From: a bacterium
GTDB taxonomy: Bacteria; Joyebacterota; Joyebacteria; Joyebacterales; Joyebacteraceae
Direction of reading: 5' to 3'
Assembly (NCBI GenBank): GCA_029990205.1
Contig: JAPEKQ010000002.1
Span: 96,845 to 160,844, forward strand
Length of the DNA stretch: 64,000 nucleotides
Each line of letters begins with the position of its first letter. The stretch's first letter is position 1. This document shows positions 21,547 through 31,454 of this stretch, in pieces. The position numbers were made by a program, and so were the translations under genes. The notes beneath the pieces are model-generated. The model was not told the DNA's origin. It did not search any database and saw nothing but the letters and a program-made list of their open reading frames with translations.

Positions 21547-22041
21547 TCAGATGCTCGTCGCCTCAGACGTCGTCTGCGACGCCTCGAGGCCCCGGACGAT
21601 CACCTCACTCCGTGGGCCGCTCGCGGTGATCGTGAAGATCCGTCGCTCGCGCCCCGCCGAGTCGATGTGGACGTCGACCCGGTCGTCCGGGAGAAAACTC
21701 GAACCTCGTCCGGCCCACTCGACGAGCGCCACTCCGTCGCCGAAGAAGAGCTCGCGGTAGCCGAGGTCGTCGATCTCGGCCTCGTCGGATATCCGGTAGA
21801 GGTCCACGTGATGGATGTCCACGAGACCGCGGTACTCATTGACGATGACGAACGTGGGGCTGGAGACATATCCGTCGAACCCGAGCGCGACGGCGATCCC
21901 CTGAGCGAGCACGGTCTTGCCCGCGCCCAGTTCGCCCCGGAGCGCCACGACGTCGCCGGCCCCGAGCAGCGCGCCAAGCGCTCCGCCCAGCTCACGGGTC
22001 TCGTCTGCCGACGCCGTCCCGATCACGATCGATGCGCTCAT
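21547..22041 (-). CDS. tsaE: tRNA threonylcarbamoyladenosine biosynthesis ATPase TsaE (YjeE-like)
   Basis: The P-loop GELGAGKTVLAQGIAVALG together with SPTFVIVNEY is the TsaE signature. Confidence 0.75.
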   Translation of the reverse strand: MSASIVIGTASADETRELGGALGALLGAGDVVALRGELGAGKTVLAQGIAVALGFDGYVSSPTFVIVNEYRGLVDIHHVDLYRISDEAEIDDLGYRELFFGDGVALVEWAGRGSSFLPDDRVDVHIDSAGRERRIFTITASGPRSEVIVRGLEASQTTSEATSI

Positions 22042-23610
22042 CTACGTCCTCGGCGTCAGCACGGCGCACGGGAGGATCATCTCCTCGGTCGATATGCCGC
22101 CGTGCTGGAAGCTGCCGCGATACTGCCGCTCGTAGCGATGGAACTCCGTCGGGTAGACGAAGTAGTAGTCCTCCTTCGCGATGGCGTACTGCTTGCTCGC
22201 GCCGTCGCTCGGAAGCTTGAAGCGGGCAGGATCGCCGATGAGGAAGGTCTCCTTCTCGTTGTAACCCAGGTTGCTGCCGAACTTGTACCGGAGATTGGTC
22301 GACGTCTCCTTGTTCCCGCGCACGAGCGCCGCCCGCTTTCCGAGCACGGCGCCGTGGTCGGTCGTGAGAACGACCGTCGCCTTCTGCCGCGCCATCTCTG
22401 CGATGATGTGATAGAGCGCGGAGTGATTGAACCACGACCGCACGAGCGAACGGAACGCCGGCTCGTCGGGCGCGATCTCCTGGAGGATCTCCGACTCGGA
22501 CCGCGAGTGCGAAAGGATGTCGACGAAGTTGTAGACGAGCGACACGAACGGATAGTCGTGGTACGAGGTCATCTGCCGCTGCACGTTGTCGGCCTCGTCC
22601 TTCTCGTAGATCTTGATGTACTTGTGCTCGGGCGACAGACGGATGCCCATCCGCTGAAGCTGGAGGTCCATCAGCTGACGCTCGTACCGGTTCTTGCTGT
22701 ACTCGTCACGCGAGTGTGTGTCCCACAGTCCCGGGTAGTGATCGGTCAGCTTGACGGGCCACTCCCCGCTAAAGAGCGAGTTGCGCGAGAACGGCGTCGC
22801 CGTGGGCAGGATCGAGTAGTAGTAGTGGTTCTCGATGGAGAACATCGGTTCGAGACTCGGGATAAGACTCATCCAATGGTCGAGTCGCATGCAATCGAGC
22901 ACGACGAAGTAGACCTTCTTCTTGGCCTTGAGCAGCGGGCCGGCGAACGTATTGAACACGTCCGGCGACAGCAGCGGCCGGTCGGTCTCGTCGTTGACCC
23001 ACCCCTCGTACTCGCGCTCGACGTAGCGACTGAACTCGGCGTTCGCCATGTGCTGGAGGTCGGCGTGCGCCTGTCTGAGCCCGGGGTCACGGACACGGTC
23101 GAGGTCGAGGTCCCACTGGACGAGGCGCGTGTAGGTCTGGATCCAGTCGCGCCAGTCCATCGGACCCATGATGCGCTGGCGGAGCTGGTTGCTCTCCGCC
23201 GCGTAGGTCTGCGCCATCTGGTCCTGCGCCATCTTGCGGCCGTCGAGCAGACGCTTGATCGCCAGAAGCACCTGCGTCGGTTTGACGGGCTTGATGAGGA
23301 AGTCATCGATGCGCCTTCCGAGCGCATCGTTCATCAGCTCCTCTTCCTCGCTCTTCGTCACCATGACGACGGGGACCGACGGGTCGATCTCCTTGAGCTC
23401 CTCGAGCGTCGAGAGACCGTCGAGACCCACCATCATCTCATCGAGCAGGATGAGATCGTAGCTTCCGCCGCCCTTCACATCCTCGAGCGCCGCCTCGCCG
23501 CTCGTCGCCGTGTTCACCGCATAGCCGCGCTGCTCGAGGAAGATGATGTGCGGCTTGAGCATGTCTATCTCATCGTCGACCCAGAGGATCTTGCGTTCCG
23601 TTGCGTTCAT
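22042..23610 (-). CDS. PorX-like response regulator: CheY-like receiver fused to PglZ (alkaline-phosphatase-superfamily) domain
   Basis: N-terminal receiver (KILWVDDEIDML...DLILLDEMMVGLDG...IKPVKP) followed by a ~380-aa PglZ-type domain (VVLDCMRLDHW..., TTDHGAVLG, SFQHGGISTEEMILP). The same architecture and length (~520 aa) are found in PorX, the T9SS regulator of Porphyromonas gingivalis. Confidence 0.7.
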   Translation of the reverse strand: MNATERKILWVDDEIDMLKPHIIFLEQRGYAVNTATSGEAALEDVKGGGSYDLILLDEMMVGLDGLSTLEELKEIDPSVPVVMVTKSEEEELMNDALGRRIDDFLIKPVKPTQVLLAIKRLLDGRKMAQDQMAQTYAAESNQLRQRIMGPMDWRDWIQTYTRLVQWDLDLDRVRDPGLRQAHADLQHMANAEFSRYVEREYEGWVNDETDRPLLSPDVFNTFAGPLLKAKKKVYFVVLDCMRLDHWMSLIPSLEPMFSIENHYYYSILPTATPFSRNSLFSGEWPVKLTDHYPGLWDTHSRDEYSKNRYERQLMDLQLQRMGIRLSPEHKYIKIYEKDEADNVQRQMTSYHDYPFVSLVYNFVDILSHSRSESEILQEIAPDEPAFRSLVRSWFNHSALYHIIAEMARQKATVVLTTDHGAVLGKRAALVRGNKETSTNLRYKFGSNLGYNEKETFLIGDPARFKLPSDGASKQYAIAKEDYYFVYPTEFHRYERQYRGSFQHGGISTEEMILPCAVLTPRT

Positions 23611-23629
23611 GTGTTGTCAGACCTTCTCT

Positions 23630-24910
23630 CTACGTCGTCGGCAGGCAGATGACGAACGTCGTCCCCTTCCCTACCTCGGACCACCCCACGTACAGACGTC
23701 CCTTGTGGTACTCCTCGACGATCCTTCGCGCGAGCGCGAGACCGAGTCCCCACCCCTTTCGCTTGGTGGAGAAGCCCGGAAGGAACACGCGCCGGCGATC
23801 GGCCTGGGTCATCCCCTTGCCGTCGTCGGTGACGAGCACGCGCACGAATCCGTCCTTGGGCGAGTGCTCGGTCGTGATCTCGATTCGTCCGCCCTCCGGC
23901 GGGAGCGCTTCCAGTGAGTTCTTCACGAGATTCTCGATGACCCACTCGACAAGCTCGCGATTGACGTCGACCAGCGGCACATCATCGTACTGCTCGACGA
24001 TCTCGACGTGCTGCGTCAGCGACGGCAGCCGCCGCCTCAGATAGTCGACCGAGTCCCGGAGAACCACGACGAGATCCTGCCGCTGCGTCTTCGGGATCGA
24101 CCCGATCTGGTTGAACCTGAGCGAGATCTTCTCGAGCCGGGCGAGATCGGTCTGCATCTCGGCGGCGTAACGGTCCGCCTCGACGCACGAGCCGCATCCC
24201 TCACACGCGTTCTCCCGCAGGAGCTCCGTCCACCCCATCAGCGACGAGATCGGCGTCCCGAGCTGGTGAGCCGTCTCCTTGGCAAGCCCGACCCAGATGG
24301 AGCGGAGCTCGGCGATCTTCGCGTTTCGGAACCCGAGGAGCCCAAGCACCAGAAGCACGCCGAACGCCGCGATCTCGATGGCGGGGACGAACCGCATCTC
24401 GCGGATCATGTTCGACTCGCCGTAGTGGATGTACCCCAGCACGGTGTCGTCGCCGAGGTGCGTCATCTGCATCGCGGAGCGTCTCCGGTCGAGCTCCGCC
24501 CCGAACCGCATGACGTCCCCGAGGGGCGTGTCTGGCGGATCCAGCGGGTCGGCCGTGATGTAGTCCTCGTGCGTCGCGTCCTCCGGGTCGGCTTCGAACG
24601 GGAGGTTTCGCCACGTGATCGGAACGCCCCGGACATCAGAGATGATGATCGGGAAGTTGATCGACTCGATCAGCTCGCCGAAGACGACGGAGAGCTCCTC
24701 GTCCTCACGGGCGGCGTACGTGGCCGTCGCGCAGAGTCCGGCGATCGAGCGCGAGAGCGTCGCCGACTGGTCCTCGAGCCTGCGGATGATGCTGTTGGTG
24801 TAGAGGAAGATGAAGACGGCGAGCACCGAGACGGCCACGAAGACCCATCCCCGGGTCCTCATTCCCGCGATGTGCTCGGCATCCACTCTGGAGCGGCGTA
24901 TCGGACCCAC
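23630..24910 (-). CDS. Sensor histidine kinase (PorY-like partner of the adjacent PorX-like regulator)
   Basis: Two TM helices flank a ~150-aa extracytoplasmic region. The H-box is AHQLGTPISSLMGWTELL, followed by an HATPase_c domain (N box ENLVKNSLEA, G boxes DDGKGM, GWGLGLA). The stop lies 20 nt upstream of the response-regulator start. GTG start with SD GGGGG. Confidence 0.75.
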   Translation of the reverse strand: MGPIRRSRVDAEHIAGMRTRGWVFVAVSVLAVFIFLYTNSIIRRLEDQSATLSRSIAGLCATATYAAREDEELSVVFGELIESINFPIIISDVRGVPITWRNLPFEADPEDATHEDYITADPLDPPDTPLGDVMRFGAELDRRRSAMQMTHLGDDTVLGYIHYGESNMIREMRFVPAIEIAAFGVLLVLGLLGFRNAKIAELRSIWVGLAKETAHQLGTPISSLMGWTELLRENACEGCGSCVEADRYAAEMQTDLARLEKISLRFNQIGSIPKTQRQDLVVVLRDSVDYLRRRLPSLTQHVEIVEQYDDVPLVDVNRELVEWVIENLVKNSLEALPPEGGRIEITTEHSPKDGFVRVLVTDDGKGMTQADRRRVFLPGFSTKRKGWGLGLALARRIVEEYHKGRLYVGWSEVGKGTTFVICLPTT

Positions 24911-25095
24911 GGCGAAGCCCCCGTAAGTTGAGGCGTGTTCGTCTACTTCGACAGTCTAGACCCGCCCCCTGGACGAGTCAAGCGAGCCGGAAGGTACCAC
25001 ACGTGCAAGAGAGAGGCCGGGACGAGCCCGGCCTCGGTGTCTCCGACCTGTTCGTCCGGTCATCCGGCCGCGCGCAGCGCCGCCGTCCGTGCGGT

Positions 25096-26373
25096 CTACC
25101 CGGCGCCGATCTCCTCGCGACCGTCCATGTAGGGCCGCAGGGCCTCCGGGATGACCACGGTTCCGCGTTCGGTCTGGTAGTTCTCGAGGATGGCGACCAT
25201 CGTGCGCGGCAGCGCGACCCCCGAACCGTTGAGCGTGTGAACGAACGTGGACTTGCCACCACCCGCGGGCTTGTACCGGATGCCGGAACGCCGCGCCTGG
25301 AAGTCGCCGAAGTTGCTGCACGACGACGCCTCGAGCCACTTGCCGATACCGGCGGCCCAGACGTCGATGTCGTAGCACTTGGCCGCGGCGAACGAGAGGT
25401 CGCCGGTGCAGAGCTCCTTCACCTGGTACGGGATGCCGAGTCGCTGGAGGATGTCCTCGGCGTTCGCGGTGAGCGTCTCGAGTTCATCGTACGATGTCTC
25501 CGGTACGACGAACTTCACCATCTCGACCTTGTCGAACTGGTGGATTCGCATCAGCCCGCGCGTGTCCTTGCCGTACGAGCCGGCCTCGCGACGGAAGCAC
25601 GGCGTGTACGCGGTCCGCATCACCGGGAGGTCCGACTCCGGCAGCGTGTCGTCGCGGTAGAGGTTCGTCACGGGAACCTCGCCCGTCGGGATCAGGAAGA
25701 GGTCGTCGCCCTCGCACCGGTACATGTCGTCCTCGAGCTTCGGCAGCTGGCCGGTCCCGAGCATCGAATCGCGGTTCGCCACGAACGGCGGCGACACCTC
25801 GGTGTAGCCGTGCTCCTTCGTGTGGACGTCGAGCATGAACGCGATCATCGCGCGTGCGAGCCTCGCGCCGTCACCGATGAACACCGGGAAGTTCGACCCG
25901 GCGATCTTCGTGCCGCGCGCGAAATCCAGCAACCCCAGCTCCTCACCGATCTCCCAATGCGGCACCGGGCTCTCGATGAGCGACCCGGGCTCCCCCCACG
26001 TCCGGACGACGACATTCTCGTCTTCGGTCCGTCCGACGGGGACCGACTCGTGCGGGATGTTCGGGAGCGTGATGAGCTGCGCGTGGATGTTCGCGCGGAG
26101 TTCGGAGATCTCCTCGTCGAAGCTCCCGATCTCGGCGGAGACGGCGCGCATCTTCTCGATGATCTCGCTGGCGTCCTCGCCCGCCTTCTTGAGCTTCGCG
26201 ACGCGCTCGCTCTCGGTGTTCCTGATCGCCTTGAGCTCCTCGGCTTTGCCGAGCAGGGCACGGAGCTCCTCGTCGAGCCGGAGAAGCGTATCGAGCTCCG
26301 CCTTCTCGCCCTTGTTCGCGATCGCCGTCTTCACAACGTCGGGGTTCGATCTCACATATCTCAGGTCCAGCAT
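25096..26373 (-). CDS. serS: Seryl-tRNA synthetase
   Basis: N-terminal coiled-coil arm followed by class II aaRS motifs (FRREAGSYGKDTRGLMRIHQFDKVE, GSGVALPRTMVAILE). Confidence 0.9.
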   Translation of the reverse strand: MLDLRYVRSNPDVVKTAIANKGEKAELDTLLRLDEELRALLGKAEELKAIRNTESERVAKLKKAGEDASEIIEKMRAVSAEIGSFDEEISELRANIHAQLITLPNIPHESVPVGRTEDENVVVRTWGEPGSLIESPVPHWEIGEELGLLDFARGTKIAGSNFPVFIGDGARLARAMIAFMLDVHTKEHGYTEVSPPFVANRDSMLGTGQLPKLEDDMYRCEGDDLFLIPTGEVPVTNLYRDDTLPESDLPVMRTAYTPCFRREAGSYGKDTRGLMRIHQFDKVEMVKFVVPETSYDELETLTANAEDILQRLGIPYQVKELCTGDLSFAAAKCYDIDVWAAGIGKWLEASSCSNFGDFQARRSGIRYKPAGGGKSTFVHTLNGSGVALPRTMVAILENYQTERGTVVIPEALRPYMDGREEIGAG

Positions 26374-26412
26374 AGGCTTACCCCTCGGGGCGCACGCTCA
26401 CGCGCGGCGCTC

Positions 26413-27567
26413 CTAGCGTACTTCGATGGTCTCACGGGAATGACGTTCCGCCGCTTCGTCGTCGGTCTCCGCGGCTCCGCCCGACTCGACGGCCGCCGCT
26501 GCCAGGAGCTCGATCTCCTCCTCGGTCGGACGCACGACGCGGGAGCCCGCGGGCTCCGTCGTCGGCACGCGGAACAGCCGGTGTCCGAGAAGCAGAAGAC
26601 CGCCGGTCACGGCCAGCGTTGCGAGCGCCAGGATCTCGAGCCGTTCACGCTGGAAGAGCGACAGATAGACGGCGACGCCGGTGAGCGACGCCGAGATCAG
26701 GTAGATACTGGCGGCAGTCTGCCGCGCTGAGAGACCGAGCCGCGCCATACGGTGCGAGCTGTGGTCCTTGCCTCCCATGGCAACGTCACGGCCCTCGGCG
26801 AGACGCGAGACGGTCACGAGCGTCGCGTCGAAGACCGGATATCCGAGCATCAGCACGGGGATGAGAAGCGCCGTCGGTTCGGCGCCGGCATAGGAGACGG
26901 CTCTCAGAGACAATCCGCCCACGACATAGCCGAGGAACAGGCTCCCCGCGTCCCCGAGGAAGATCGAGGCCGGATTGAAGTTGTACCGGAGGAACCCGAG
27001 CGCGCCGCCGGCGACCGAGATGGCCGCGATGGCGGTCAGCATCTGTCCGTGCCCGAGCGCGAGCGTGAAGATACCGAAGGTCGCAATCGCCGCGAGCCCC
27101 GACGTGATGCCGTCCATGTTGTCGAGGAAGTTGAACGCGTTCATTAGACCGACCATCCAGACGAGGGCCAGACAGAACCCGAGCACCGGATGGAGCGGCA
27201 GTCCCTGGACGCCGCCGGAGAGCAGCATCACCGATGCCGCGGCCGCCTGCCCCATGAGCTTGACCGAAGGCCGCATGCCGTTGGCATCGTCGGCAAGCCC
27301 GAGGATGACAACGATGAGACCGCCCGACATGAACCCCACGATCCGCGCGCTGTACGGATACTCGATGAGCGCGAGCGCGGCGGCGGCCGAGGCCATGCTG
27401 GCAAGCGCAACAGCGATACCGCCCATCAGCGGCGTCGGGTTCGTGTGGACCTTGATCCGATTGGGATGGTCAAGAAAACGGAGGCGGGTGGCCAGACTCC
27501 GAAGGGCCGGAGTCAGGGCCAGTACCGACAGCATCGAGAGTGCGAATGCGCCCAGGAAGATCATCAT
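26413..27567 (-). CDS. Glycosyltransferase family 4 polyprenyl-phosphate sugar-1-phosphate transferase (WecA/MraY-like), initiating enzyme of the polysaccharide locus
   Basis: Polytopic membrane protein with the MraY/WecA family motifs (ADDANGM, NAFNFLDNMDG) and an extended acidic C-terminal tail. Confidence 0.75.
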   Translation of the reverse strand: MMIFLGAFALSMLSVLALTPALRSLATRLRFLDHPNRIKVHTNPTPLMGGIAVALASMASAAAALALIEYPYSARIVGFMSGGLIVVILGLADDANGMRPSVKLMGQAAAASVMLLSGGVQGLPLHPVLGFCLALVWMVGLMNAFNFLDNMDGITSGLAAIATFGIFTLALGHGQMLTAIAAISVAGGALGFLRYNFNPASIFLGDAGSLFLGYVVGGLSLRAVSYAGAEPTALLIPVLMLGYPVFDATLVTVSRLAEGRDVAMGGKDHSSHRMARLGLSARQTAASIYLISASLTGVAVYLSLFQRERLEILALATLAVTGGLLLLGHRLFRVPTTEPAGSRVVRPTEEEIELLAAAAVESGGAAETDDEAAERHSRETIEVR

Positions 27568-27770
27568 GGTCTCGTGTGGTACCCGTCTTCGTATCGCCCG
27601 GCATTGAACCGAGCTGGCCGACTGCTGTCAAGCCGATTCTCCCGCAACCGCGCGGGTACTGCTATCGGATGCTCCACCACATAGCTAGCAGTCTTCGGAC
27701 GCGTACCTCCTCCTGCGTGATCTCCGTGCAGTTCTGCGCGGCGCTCTGCGCCTCTTCCCGAATCGACCGG

Positions 27771-28730
27771 CTACTTCCTGAAGTGTTCGACGACGCGCTC
27801 GAGCAGTTCCTGCAGAGTCACCTGCGGCTCGTAGCCCACGAACTCCTTGATCTTCTCAAGGTCCGGGACGCGCTCGCGCATGTCCTCGAAGCCCTCTTCA
27901 TACGCCTTGTCGTACGGTATGTATTCTATCTGAGAATGACTTCCTGTCAACTCTTTGATTCGGGTCGCCAGTTCCTCGATAGAGATCGGTACGTTGCTGC
28001 CTACATTGAACACCTCACCGACGGCCTTCGGCTCGTCCATGAGAGCCAGCACGGCGCGGACGACGTCGGAGACCTCGCAGAAGCATCGGGTCTGCTTGCC
28101 GTCCCCGTAGACCGTGATCGGGTGGTCGAGGAGCGCCTGCTTCACGAAACGAGGGATGACCATCCCGTACTGCCCGGTCTGCCTTGGACCGCAGGTGTTG
28201 AAACACCTGACGATGACGACCGGGAGCTGCTTCTCCCGGTGGTAGGCCAGCGAGAGGAACTCGTCGATGGCCTTCGCCGACGAGTATCCCCAGCGGGCGA
28301 TCGTCGTCGTTCCCAGGATCCGATCGTCCGTCTCCTTGCACGGCTGGTGGTTGGCCTTGCCGTAGATCTCCGAGGTCGAGAAGATCATGACCTTCTTCTT
28401 TCCCTCGTTCGCTGCCTGTAGGACGTACTCCGTGCCCTTGATATTCGTCTCGAGCGACTGGAGCGGGTTCTCGATGATGTACGCCACGCCGACGGCGGCC
28501 GCCAGATGGAAGACGGCGTCGACCTTCGCGACGTGCTCGTTGAGCACACGCACGTCGAGGATCGTATCGATTGTGTAGTGGAACTTCGGGTTGTCCTCAA
28601 GGTGGGCGATGTTCTCAAACCTGCCGGTCGAGAGGTCGTCCATCACCCAGACCTCATCTCCCCTGTCGAGCAGAGCCTCAACCAGATGTGAACCGATGAA
28701 ACCGGCGCCGCCGGTGACGAGGATCTTCAT
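27771..28730 (-). CDS. NAD-dependent epimerase/dehydratase (UDP-sugar 4-epimerase / UDP-glucuronate decarboxylase-like SDR)
   Basis: MKILVTGGAGFIGSHL...FHLAA...YSSAK (YxxxK catalytic motif). The ORF track's first 82 aa are artefactual; the ATG is at 28730. Confidence 0.8.
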   Translation of the reverse strand: MKILVTGGAGFIGSHLVEALLDRGDEVWVMDDLSTGRFENIAHLEDNPKFHYTIDTILDVRVLNEHVAKVDAVFHLAAAVGVAYIIENPLQSLETNIKGTEYVLQAANEGKKKVMIFSTSEIYGKANHQPCKETDDRILGTTTIARWGYSSAKAIDEFLSLAYHREKQLPVVIVRCFNTCGPRQTGQYGMVIPRFVKQALLDHPITVYGDGKQTRCFCEVSDVVRAVLALMDEPKAVGEVFNVGSNVPISIEELATRIKELTGSHSQIEYIPYDKAYEEGFEDMRERVPDLEKIKEFVGYEPQVTLQELLERVVEHFRK

Positions 28731-29002
28731 GAACAGGAACCTTTCCGAAGCCCGTGGGCCTGTATGCAGTCGGTGCCCCGCAGGGCACGGTGATGGTCGC
28801 AACTTACCGTAACATTGGAGTATACAGCCACCAGCCCACCCGGGCAAGCCGTTTGGCGCCGCTCCGGGCGCTTCACCTCTCCCCATCTCCTCCTGCAAAC
28901 CCCATGCCCCGGGCTTGAACACGGTACGTGACAGGCAGTTACGCCGCGCGCCTTGAGCTTGCCGATTGACCTTCACCGGCGGCTGCGGTACGGTTTCCCG
29001 CT

Positions 29003-30196
29003 ATGAAGGTCCTCTACATCACACAGGGCTTCCCGGCCAACAGCATGGTCGGCGGTCAGATATCAAGCTACTATCGTATCGTCCAGCTTGTCCGGGCCGG
29101 GCACGACGTCACGGCGCTCTGCCTCGTCCCGAAGGGGAACGCGCTGACCAACTCGTTGGAGCTCGAGGAGCTCTGCCGCGTCGTTCCCGTGCGTGACGTC
29201 CCGAGGACGACGGCTCTCCGGCTGGCGCTCGGACTCTTCGACCGGCTCCCGTGGCCGATCCGGCGATACAGCTCGCGGGCGGCCGCGCGGACGGCGGCCG
29301 AACTCGCCGGCTCGTTCTCCCCCGATCTCGTCGTCTTCAACAGCCTCCACAGCGCGCCCCTGCTCCCGGCCGTCAGAGCGGCATCCCGCGCCCCGTGCCT
29401 GCTCTTCTCACCGAACGTCCAGTCGACCATCATGCGGCTCTTCGCCGCTCATCAGAGCGGACCGCTGGCGCGACTCTACGCCTGGGACCAGGCGCAGAAG
29501 ACGCGCGAGTATGAGAGCGCGCACGCTGGTCGATTCGATGCGGTCTGCGTCTACTCGCGCACGGACGCAGACGGACTCTCCGAGCTCGCTCCGGACGCGG
29601 CGATCGAGATCGTGCCGATGGCGCTCGACATCGACGCCATGGGCAAACCGGCCGCGCCGGACTTCGATCTGCTCCTGACAGGCAGCTTCGAGTGGCGCCC
29701 GAACGTTGACTCGCTCACCTGGTTCATTCGCGAGATCCATCCGCGCATCCTCGAGCGGCGTCCGGGAACGACCGTGCGGGTCGTCGGGCCCGGGTCGGAC
29801 AAGCTCCGCGACCAACTGGCGTCACCGGGCGTGATGTTCGAGGGACGCGTGGACGACATTGCCCCGTACTTCAGGAGCACCCGGCTTCTTCTCGTTCCGC
29901 TGAGGATCGGGAGCGGGATCCGTGTGAAGATCGTCCAGGCCTTCGGAGCGCGGGTGCCCGTGGTGAGCACGGCGAAGGGATGCGAGGGGCTCGAGGTCGA
30001 TACGGGGAAGCACCTGATGGTCGCCGACGAGCCGACGGAGTTCGCGGCGATGGTCGCCGAGCTGCTCGACGACACCGACATGAGAAACAGGCTCGCGCGC
30101 GAGGGACGCGCGCTCGCCGAGCGGATGCACGATGCGCTCGCGACCGACCGACCCTTCGTCCGCGTGTGTGAGAAGCTCGGAGGATCCCCGGACTGA
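29003..30196 (+). CDS. Glycosyltransferase family 4 (GT-B, Glycos_transf_1)
   Basis: This is the only long plus-strand CDS in the locus. The C-terminal half carries the GT4 EX7E-type region (GSGIRVKIVQAFGARVPVVSTAKGCEGLE). Confidence 0.7.
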   Translation: MKVLYITQGFPANSMVGGQISSYYRIVQLVRAGHDVTALCLVPKGNALTNSLELEELCRVVPVRDVPRTTALRLALGLFDRLPWPIRRYSSRAAARTAAELAGSFSPDLVVFNSLHSAPLLPAVRAASRAPCLLFSPNVQSTIMRLFAAHQSGPLARLYAWDQAQKTREYESAHAGRFDAVCVYSRTDADGLSELAPDAAIEIVPMALDIDAMGKPAAPDFDLLLTGSFEWRPNVDSLTWFIREIHPRILERRPGTTVRVVGPGSDKLRDQLASPGVMFEGRVDDIAPYFRSTRLLLVPLRIGSGIRVKIVQAFGARVPVVSTAKGCEGLEVDTGKHLMVADEPTEFAAMVAELLDDTDMRNRLAREGRALAERMHDALATDRPFVRVCEKLGGSPD

Positions 30197-30224
30197 AGGC
30201 GTATGGGAACGTAGAAGGGAGCGC

Positions 30225-31454
30225 CTACCCGCGCTCGGCGAGTTCCTCGAGCCTTGCGGGAAGCGCGTCCCAGGAGTAGCGGGACCTCACGAAGCTCCGT
30301 CCGGCCAGCCCGATCCTCTCGCGAAGCCCCGCGTCGTTGAGAAGCCGCACGATCTCCGCGGCGACCATCTCCGGCGCGTCCCGAACGATGATCTCGGATC
30401 CATCGTCCGCCTCGATACCGCGATTGACGATCTCCGTTACGACCGACGGTATCCCTGCCGCCATTGCCTCGAGCACCTTGTTCTGGACGCCCGCCGCGTA
30501 GCGCAGAGGCGCGGCGAAGACCTCGCCCGTGCGATAGACCTCCGTGAGCGATTCGACATACCCGGCGACATCGACCCACCCGAGATCCCCCAGCGAGGCG
30601 ACCGCGGGTGTGAGGGAGTGACCGACGACGCGCAGGCGGGCCTGCGGCTGCCGCGTGATCACGAGGGGCATGATGTCCCGGGCGAGATGGGTCACGGCAT
30701 CGATGTTGTGTGGGATGCTCAGATTGCCGACGAACAGCACGGTCCTGGCAGCCGCTGAGTCGATTCCCGCCCGGCTCTGCTTGAGGTCGGCGTGCGGCGC
30801 GAGATCGAACAACGCACTCTCGACACCGTTCGTCACGACACGCACCGGAGCGCCCGGCGCCAGGCCCAGAATCGCATCCCTGTCAGACGCCGAGACCACC
30901 CAGCTTTCGTCGAACGCCCGGGTGATCCTCGCTTCGTACGCCGCGATCTTCCTGGCCTCCCACGCGTAGGCCGGACGAATCGGCGCGGGACGATGCGGCA
31001 ATGACGCCAGGAGTTCTGCTGAGATGGCGTCGGTGAGATCCATCACGTGAACCTGACCGGGATGCTGCTTCATCACGCTCCCGTCAGGTCCCAGGACGAA
31101 CTGCGCCATCCGGAAGAGATGTACGAAGACGACATCGTACTCCCGCTCGCGCAGCGCGCGCTGTACGGCCGCCCGCATTGCAGACGACTGATAGTAGCTT
31201 GCCTGAAACGGCGCCGGGCTCAGCAGGCGCGCAGCCATGTTGATGTACGACGCTCGCCGCGACAGAGGCACGGTCGTCACGTCGGCGCGCTCCCGCAGCG
31301 CGGCCACGTTCGTGTCGTGATCCCCGTCATCGGTGAACGTGATCAGGTCGACTTCGTGACGTTCCGAGACGCTCCGGAGCGTGTTCCACGTGCGCAGACG
31401 GTCGCCCCTCAGCGGTGGGTAGGGCAGTCGAGACGTCAGCATCAGGACACGCAC
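30225..31454 (-). CDS. GT4 sugar transferase resembling the PEP-CTERM/EpsH1-system-associated transferase family (TIGR03087-like)
   Basis: The N-terminus MRVLMLTSRLPYPPLRGDRLRTWNTLRSVSERHEV follows the family-typical M-R-I/V-L-x-L-T-x-R-x-P-Y-P-P-x-x-G-D-x-x-R-x-x-N pattern. The C-terminal part is a GT-B domain. Confidence 0.65.
   Translation of the reverse strand: MRVLMLTSRLPYPPLRGDRLRTWNTLRSVSERHEVDLITFTDDGDHDTNVAALRERADVTTVPLSRRASYINMAARLLSPAPFQASYYQSSAMRAAVQRALREREYDVVFVHLFRMAQFVLGPDGSVMKQHPGQVHVMDLTDAISAELLASLPHRPAPIRPAYAWEARKIAAYEARITRAFDESWVVSASDRDAILGLAPGAPVRVVTNGVESALFDLAPHADLKQSRAGIDSAAARTVLFVGNLSIPHNIDAVTHLARDIMPLVITRQPQARLRVVGHSLTPAVASLGDLGWVDVAGYVESLTEVYRTGEVFAAPLRYAAGVQNKVLEAMAAGIPSVVTEIVNRGIEADDGSEIIVRDAPEMVAAEIVRLLNDAGLRERIGLAGRSFVRSRYSWDALPARLEELAERG

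Noticed and set aside
21442-23652. 736-aa plus-strand ORF antisense to the PorX-like gene
   Set aside because: It has no domains and a biased composition. The minus-strand receiver-PglZ protein is convincing.
28966-29002. A TTGACC-N17-TACGGT promoter-like element upstream of the plus-strand GT4
   Set aside because: Only the -35 is convincing. The -10 is poor and the gene would be nearly leaderless. There is too little evidence to call it.
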